From contig CAXMMT010000050.1 of assembly GCA_964194555.1 (NCBI GenBank), positions 5,842 through 69,841 of the forward strand: a DNA stretch of 64,000 nucleotides, in the 5' to 3' direction. How positions within the stretch are numbered: the stretch's first letter is position 1; each line of letters opens with the position of its first letter. The notes below the pieces were generated by a model. It saw nothing but the letters and a program-made list of their open reading frames with translations, ran no database searches and was not told the origin of the DNA. The position numbers were made by a program, and so were the translations under genes. Of this stretch, positions 57,892-64,000 are shown piece by piece. The stretch comes from an uncultured Boseongicola sp. GTDB lineage: Bacteria > Actinomycetota > Acidimicrobiia > Spongiisociales > ZC4RG35.

Positions 57892-58824
57892 TTGAGAAAA
57901 CTCGTCCCAATTCTCCTTCTGGTCGCGCTCGTGGCCGCCGCATGTGGCGGTGGATCTTCAACCGTGGCAGCAACAGTCGACGGGACCGAAATCACAGTTG
58001 ACGATGTCGAGGCTTTGATCGATGTGGAGGGATCCATAATCCCCAAGGATCAGTTTGCCCAATTCCTCGGCTTCGAGGTCCAGTGGGAGGTCATAAACGT
58101 TGCAGCTGCCGAGCAGTTCGGCATCGGGTTCACCGAGGAAGAGGTGATCGCCGAGGCGGATCGCATCTACGAGACCGCCAACGCCGACGAAACTCGTGAG
58201 GAGTTTCTGGCAAACAGGGAGGTCACCGAAGAGTTTCTTCTAAACATTTCCCGTCAGGGTCTCCTCGATGTTGCCGTTCGGGAGTCGTTGGGCTCTGAGC
58301 TCCCACCTCCTTCCCAGGAAGCGATCGATGCCGAGATGACAACAGCCGTCGCCTCCCTGACCCAGGTGTGCGTGTCCCACATCCTGGTCGACACAGAACC
58401 CGAAGCCGAGGACGCCATGGACCGGGTCACCGGCGGCGAAGATTTTGCCGCCGTTGCCTCCGAGGTGTCCCAGGATCCGGGAAGTGCGGACAACGACGGG
58501 ATTCTGCCCTGCGGATCCGCCGGCCAGTATGTTCCGGAGTTCCGTGACGCATCCCTGGTGGCGCCCGTTGGCGAGGTTTACGAGGACCTTGTTGAAACCC
58601 AGTTCGGGTTTCATGTGATGCTCGTGACCGACCGGGTTGCCCCCGCTGCTGGTGATCTTCCCACGGAGGACGAGATCGTCGAGAACTTGGCTGCGATTGC
58701 CGTGGTTGCGGAGCTTGAGATCTGGTTTCTCGAGCAGATGACGACCGCGGATGTCACCGTTGAAGAGGAGTTCGGGATCTGGCAGACGACACCGGAACCC
58801 GGAGTGATCGCCCCCACCGAATGA
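57892..58824 (+). CDS. parvulin-type peptidyl-prolyl isomerase lipoprotein (PrsA/SurA-like)
   Basis: Lipobox (LVAAAC) and a parvulin domain (..VSHILV...QFGFHVMLV). TTG 57892 with RBS aaagga was chosen; the longer ORF starts inside repeat C. Confidence 0.75.
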   Translation: MRKLVPILLLVALVAAACGGGSSTVAATVDGTEITVDDVEALIDVEGSIIPKDQFAQFLGFEVQWEVINVAAAEQFGIGFTEEEVIAEADRIYETANADETREEFLANREVTEEFLLNISRQGLLDVAVRESLGSELPPPSQEAIDAEMTTAVASLTQVCVSHILVDTEPEAEDAMDRVTGGEDFAAVASEVSQDPGSADNDGILPCGSAGQYVPEFRDASLVAPVGEVYEDLVETQFGFHVMLVTDRVAPAAGDLPTEDEIVENLAAIAVVAELEIWFLEQMTTADVTVEEEFGIWQTTPEPGVIAPTE

Positions 58825-60233
58825 TCACGATCGTCGGTCTCGGCCCTGGCGAATTCGACCGGGTCTCGACGCCGGCGAGGTCTCTTCTTCTCGATCCTGG
58901 GAGGACGGTGGTTGTCCGAACCGAGCATCATCCTGCGGCGTGCCAGCTCGGTGACCTGAGAGATGTCGTCTTTTGCGACGACCTCTACGAGTCCGCGGGG
59001 ACCTTCGAAGACGTCTATCAGGCCATTGCGGACAGGGTGGTCGAAGCCTCGAAATCGGGGCACGTTGTATACGCCGTGCCGGGAAGCGCGATGGTGGGCG
59101 AGCTCGCGGTACGCAATCTGCTTGCGTCAAACCTCGATGTCGAAGTGATCCCCGGCGAGTCCTTTGTCGATGCCATCCTCGCCGAAGTCGGTTGTGACCC
59201 TCTGGATCGGGGTCTTCAGATCCTCAACGGCCATTGTCTGGCAGATCCGTTGGTGCTGGACAAACCGACGATCATCGGCCAACTCGATCGACCAGAGACT
59301 CTCGCGGATGTTTGCGCCTTGGTAGACCGTGTGACCGTCGAGGGGACGAAAGTGAAAGTACTGGTTGGGCTGGGCGCAACGGATGCTGTGGTTGCCGAGT
59401 TCTTGCCCGAAGACGTCGACTCATCCCTTGCCGGTCTTCGGACCTCGATCTTCGTCGACGCCGAGCCAGGTGGTCTGCTGGGAGCGGTCCGCACCATGCG
59501 TCGACTCCGCACCGAGTGCCCTTGGGACAAAGATCAGACCCATCGGAGTCTGGTAAAGAACCTGGTGGAGGAGTCCTACGAGCTGATCGACGCGATCCGG
59601 CATCTTGACGAGGACCCATCTGACCTTGTGGCCTATGCAGAGGTGGAGGACGAGCTGGGAGATGTGCTCCTTCAAGTGCTCTTCCACTCCGTCATCGCCC
59701 GGGAGAAGGGTGTCTTCGACATCGATGACGTGGCCGAGGTGATGCGTCAGAAGCTGGTGCGGCGTCATCCTCATGTGTTTGGTGACGTTCAGGTGGCATC
59801 TGCCGCCGAGGTGAAGGCCAACTGGGACCGCATCAAGAAAGAGGAGAGGGGAGAGACCGGTGAAGAGTCCGCACTCGACGGTGTTCCGGCGGGAATGCCG
59901 GGTTTGCATCGGGCAGCCAAGATCCAGAATAGGGCTGCCAAGGTCGGCTTCGACTGGGACGAGGCCACGCAGGTGATGCCAAAGATCAATGAGGAGCTTG
60001 GCGAGCTGAGCGCCGCCATGTCGGGCCACGGTGATATCGAGGCGGAGCTCGGAGATGTGCTGTTCTCGGTGGTCAACCTGGCCCGTCATCTCGACCTGGA
60101 CGCGGAAGTGGCCCTTCGCGGGGCGACCGATCGTTTTGAAGAGCGTTTTCGCCGCATGGAGGCGAAGGGAACCCTCGATGGCCTTGACCTCGACGCCCTC
60201 AACGTCAGGTGGGACCAGTCCAAGAAGGCTTGA
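58821..60233 (+). CDS. mazG: tetrapyrrole-methylase-like domain fused to MazG nucleoside triphosphate pyrophosphohydrolase (YabN-type)
   Basis: N-terminal TP-methylase-like IVGLGPG.., then two MazG repeats with EExxE/ELGD motifs (VEESYELIDA...ELGDVLLQV; NEELGELSAA...ELGDVLFSV). Confidence 0.85.
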   Translation: MITIVGLGPGEFDRVSTPARSLLLDPGRTVVVRTEHHPAACQLGDLRDVVFCDDLYESAGTFEDVYQAIADRVVEASKSGHVVYAVPGSAMVGELAVRNLLASNLDVEVIPGESFVDAILAEVGCDPLDRGLQILNGHCLADPLVLDKPTIIGQLDRPETLADVCALVDRVTVEGTKVKVLVGLGATDAVVAEFLPEDVDSSLAGLRTSIFVDAEPGGLLGAVRTMRRLRTECPWDKDQTHRSLVKNLVEESYELIDAIRHLDEDPSDLVAYAEVEDELGDVLLQVLFHSVIAREKGVFDIDDVAEVMRQKLVRRHPHVFGDVQVASAAEVKANWDRIKKEERGETGEESALDGVPAGMPGLHRAAKIQNRAAKVGFDWDEATQVMPKINEELGELSAAMSGHGDIEAELGDVLFSVVNLARHLDLDAEVALRGATDRFEERFRRMEAKGTLDGLDLDALNVRWDQSKKA

Positions 60234-60277
60234 GTAAGGGTACTCATAGGCGAGGAACAGCACGGGAGCGGTGGTAG

Positions 60278-61974
<1,697 letters not shown>

Positions 61975-61976
61975 AC

Positions 61977-62495
61977 ATGACAGACGTTGATGACCGTAAG
62001 GTCATCGAAACACAGTTGGGACGTCCCCAGCGCGCCGACTCCGAGGTCGTATCTCGATGCCATCTCGGACTCCCCGTCGTGGTGCGGGTTCCACCTCTGC
62101 TCGATGACGGGACGCCCTTTCCGACGCTCTACTGGCTGACCTGCCCTCTCGCTGTGGTCCGCATCGCCCGTCTGGAGAGTTCCGGTGGTGTGAAGCGCAT
62201 GGACACCAAGTCCGAAACCGACCCCCGGTTTGGAGCGGATCTGGAGAAAGCCCATCGCTCCTATGAGAAGGAGCGGGATGTCCAGGTTCCCCCCGGCGCT
62301 AAACCTGCGCCTTCGGGGGGAGTCGGAGGGTCATCGTCGGGGGTCAAATGCCTTCATGCCCACTACGCCCACTCCAGGGCGGGTGGCGACAACCCGGTCG
62401 GCCAGCTGGTCCAGGAGTGGATCGAGCCTCTGGACTGTGTCGAGGAGTGTGTCGTCGACGGAGAGACGAATCCGGCCTGGTCCCCTCGTTCATGA
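61977..62495 (+). CDS. DUF501 domain-containing protein
   Basis: ..FPTLYWLTCP.. and ..KCLHAHYAH.. motifs typical of DUF501. Synteny supports the call. Confidence 0.75.
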   Translation: MTDVDDRKVIETQLGRPQRADSEVVSRCHLGLPVVVRVPPLLDDGTPFPTLYWLTCPLAVVRIARLESSGGVKRMDTKSETDPRFGADLEKAHRSYEKERDVQVPPGAKPAPSGGVGGSSSGVKCLHAHYAHSRAGGDNPVGQLVQEWIEPLDCVEECVVDGETNPAWSPRS

Positions 62496-63370
62496 GGGTC
62501 GGTGTCGTCGATATCGGGACCAACTCGATGCGACTTCTCATCACCGACGGGGTGACCGAGTTGGGGCGATGGGTGGAGGTGACCGGTCTCGGGCAGGGCG
62601 TCGACACTTCGGGCAGTCTCTCCGAGGAGGCGATCGAGCGGACAATGACAGCGTTGCGCCGTTTTGGAGAGCTGATGGCGGATGCGGACCTCGAGAGAAA
62701 AATGGTGATCGCCACATCAGCCTCCCGCGATGCCGCCAACAGGGAGCCGTTCTTTGATCGCGCCGAAGAGGTTCTTGGCACAAGGCCCACGTTGATCAGC
62801 GGTCACCAAGAAGCAAGGTTCGCCTATCAGGGGGCCACCGCGAGTCAGGAACTGGCTCCTCCGGTGGTCGTTTCGGACATCGGTGGGGGAAGCTCCGAGT
62901 TCGTGACGGCTGCCGACGAGACTTCTCTCGACATCGGATCCGTACGGCTCACTGAGAGGGCCCTTCCCGACAGGCCTGCGTCATCCGACGCCTTGGACGA
63001 CGCCAGGGCTTTTGTCGAGGAGTGTTTCGGTTCGGTGGGCGTGGGAGACATCGGCACTCTCGTCGGGGTGGCCGGCACATGGACGAGTCTCGCCGCGATC
63101 GCTCAGGAGTTGCCCGCCTACGACCCGTTGCGGGTTCACGGCTATTATCTCAGCCGGCGTCTCCTGAGTGATGTGACGTCAGTGCTCTCTTCGATGACAT
63201 TGGCCGAGACGGCGGCCATACCCAGCCTCGATCCGAGGCGGGCGCCGGTGATCCTTGCGGGCGGTGTTCTGGCATGCGGGGTGATGAAGGTACTGGACGC
63301 CACACAGATTCGGATCTCGGAGCGGGACACGCTTGATGGTGTGGCCGGCCATCTACTGGCTTTACCCTGA
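62492..63370 (+). CDS. ppx: Ppx/GppA-family phosphatase
   Basis: ASKHA-fold N-terminus VVDIGTNSMRLL and ..DIGGGSSE.. ATG 62492 overlaps the DUF501 stop. Confidence 0.85.
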   Translation: MRVGVVDIGTNSMRLLITDGVTELGRWVEVTGLGQGVDTSGSLSEEAIERTMTALRRFGELMADADLERKMVIATSASRDAANREPFFDRAEEVLGTRPTLISGHQEARFAYQGATASQELAPPVVVSDIGGGSSEFVTAADETSLDIGSVRLTERALPDRPASSDALDDARAFVEECFGSVGVGDIGTLVGVAGTWTSLAAIAQELPAYDPLRVHGYYLSRRLLSDVTSVLSSMTLAETAAIPSLDPRRAPVILAGGVLACGVMKVLDATQIRISERDTLDGVAGHLLALP

Positions 63371-63389
63371 TAGAGATCCTCATGGCATC

Positions 63390-63476
63390 GCCCGGGTGGC
63401 GGAACGGTAGACGCGAGGGGCTTAAACCCCCTTGAGCCGAATACGGCTCGTGTGGGTTCGAAACCCACCCCGGGCA
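63390..63476 (+). tRNA. tRNA-Leu (anticodon UAA), class II with long variable arm, CCA not encoded
   Basis: Hand-folded cloverleaf: acceptor GCCCGGG/CCCGGGC, anticodon stem AGGGG/CCCCU with loop CUUAAAC, variable stem GAGCCG/CGGCUC, and T arm GUGGG-UUCGAAA-CCCAC. Confidence 0.9.
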
Positions 63477-63480
63477 CTGG

Positions 63481-63507
63481 AAAACCCGCAGACCTGCTGC
63501 GGGTTTT
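63481..63507. terminator. bidirectional intrinsic terminator
   Basis: aaaacccgcag-acctg-ctgcgggtttt is an 11-bp stem flanked by an A-run and a T-run. It lies between the tRNA and the convergent gene. Confidence 0.7.
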
Positions 63508-63680
63508 CTGGCAGAGGGTCGCGGGACCCGGGCCGGTGGGTGGGGGAGGGGAGAGGAACCGAACCCGGGCCCCACGAAGACGCGGAATAAGACCTTCCTC
63601 TCTACGACAAAGGGATATTCTCGACCTCTGGTTCAACCCCGTGGCGGAGTGTACTCCTGTTGTCCTGCTCTCCAATTCCT

Positions 63681-64000
63681 CTAGACAGGTACCGGCTCGT
63701 CGTCCTCCTGGGCCGCAGCCATCTCCTCGAATGACATGTCCGGGATCTTCCGTGCCACAAAGAGCGCCCCGATCACGATGGCAGCTGCAACCAGCAGACC
63801 CATGCGCAAAGCGGTCAGCTGTCCATCCTCGTAGCCATCGACGATGGCGGCGGCCTCGGAGGGGTCCAGCGAGGTCTCCGCCAGGGCAGCCGTGAGGTCG
63901 TCGCTGCTGACGAATTGGATTGACCCGTTCAAGGCGACACCGATCTCGGCGCTGATCTCGTCGGAGATTCTCGGATCGTTGGATATCTGGTTGACGAACA
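63681..64000 (-). CDS. C-terminal fragment of a membrane protein (5' part outside the window)
   Basis: The frame is open to the window edge. It contains one C-terminal TM helix (LRMGLLVAAAIVIGALFVA) and an acidic tail. The family was not determined. Confidence 0.4.
   Translation of the reverse strand, partial: FVNQISNDPRISDEISAEIGVALNGSIQFVSSDDLTAALAETSLDPSEAAAIVDGYEDGQLTALRMGLLVAAAIVIGALFVARKIPDMSFEEMAAAQEDDEPVPV

Noticed and set aside
63390-63476. tRNA-Leu(UAA) as a bldA-like developmental regulator
   Set aside because: TTA codons do occur in ordinary genes in this window, for example in BMC-P1 (VVLYA) and the BASS transporter. There is no evidence that TTA is rare enough here for a regulatory role.
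63511-63680. G/C-rich 170-nt spacer after the tRNA and terminator, considered as an ncRNA or integrase attachment scar
   Set aside because: It has no duplication of the tRNA 3' end, no integrase nearby, and no fold or motif I could recognise.

Overview
GC-rich, gene-dense chromosomal segment with actinobacterial-type synteny; the organism is not identifiable from sequence alone. All product calls come from reading motifs in the supplied translations, with no database search.

Content, left to right:
- prfA (3' end), prmC, tsaC-like gene, glyA, and an LLM oxidoreductase.
- A frameshifted DUF222/HNH gene.
- A complete F1Fo ATP synthase operon (atpZ-like, atpI, atpBEFHAGDC), preceded by a perfect CRP-type palindrome.
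- An SRPBCC protein, an ABC-F ATPase and a CDF transporter.
- paaABCDE plus a TetR regulator, with a 20-bp perfect palindrome in front of paaA.
- A small SHOCT protein, argGH, korAB, an amidase, a DUF3048 lipoprotein and an ACT protein.
- A SodX-like protease fused to an AlkA-like glycosylase, divergent from Ni-SOD sodN.
- metG, an EamA transporter and several hypothetical proteins.
- A nine-gene bacterial microcompartment (BMC) operon, roughly 37.2-42.6 kb: RpiB-like isomerase, DeoC and acylating aldehyde dehydrogenase, plus 1 BMC-H, 2 BMC-T and 3 BMC-P.
- A second AlkA-like gene, hydrolases, pgl, rplY, pth, glpK, pgsA, an SDR epimerase and an alkylsulfatase-BASS pair.
- mfd, a parvulin lipoprotein, a MazG fusion, eno, ftsB-like, DUF501, ppx, tRNA-Leu(UAA), and a partial gene at the right edge.

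Most interesting observations:
1. The BMC locus matches the sugar-phosphate-utilisation (SPU) class. All three enzymes carry N-terminal encapsulation-peptide-like helices, and no cofactor-recycling enzymes are visible.
2. A roughly 165-nt structured intergenic repeat family has four co-oriented copies. Each lies just upstream of a + strand start codon, and the stems show compensatory substitutions.
3. The sodN Ni-hook reads HCDLYCG instead of HCxxPCG, and it sits next to the SodX-AlkA fusion.

No CRISPR array, rRNA or intact transposase was seen.
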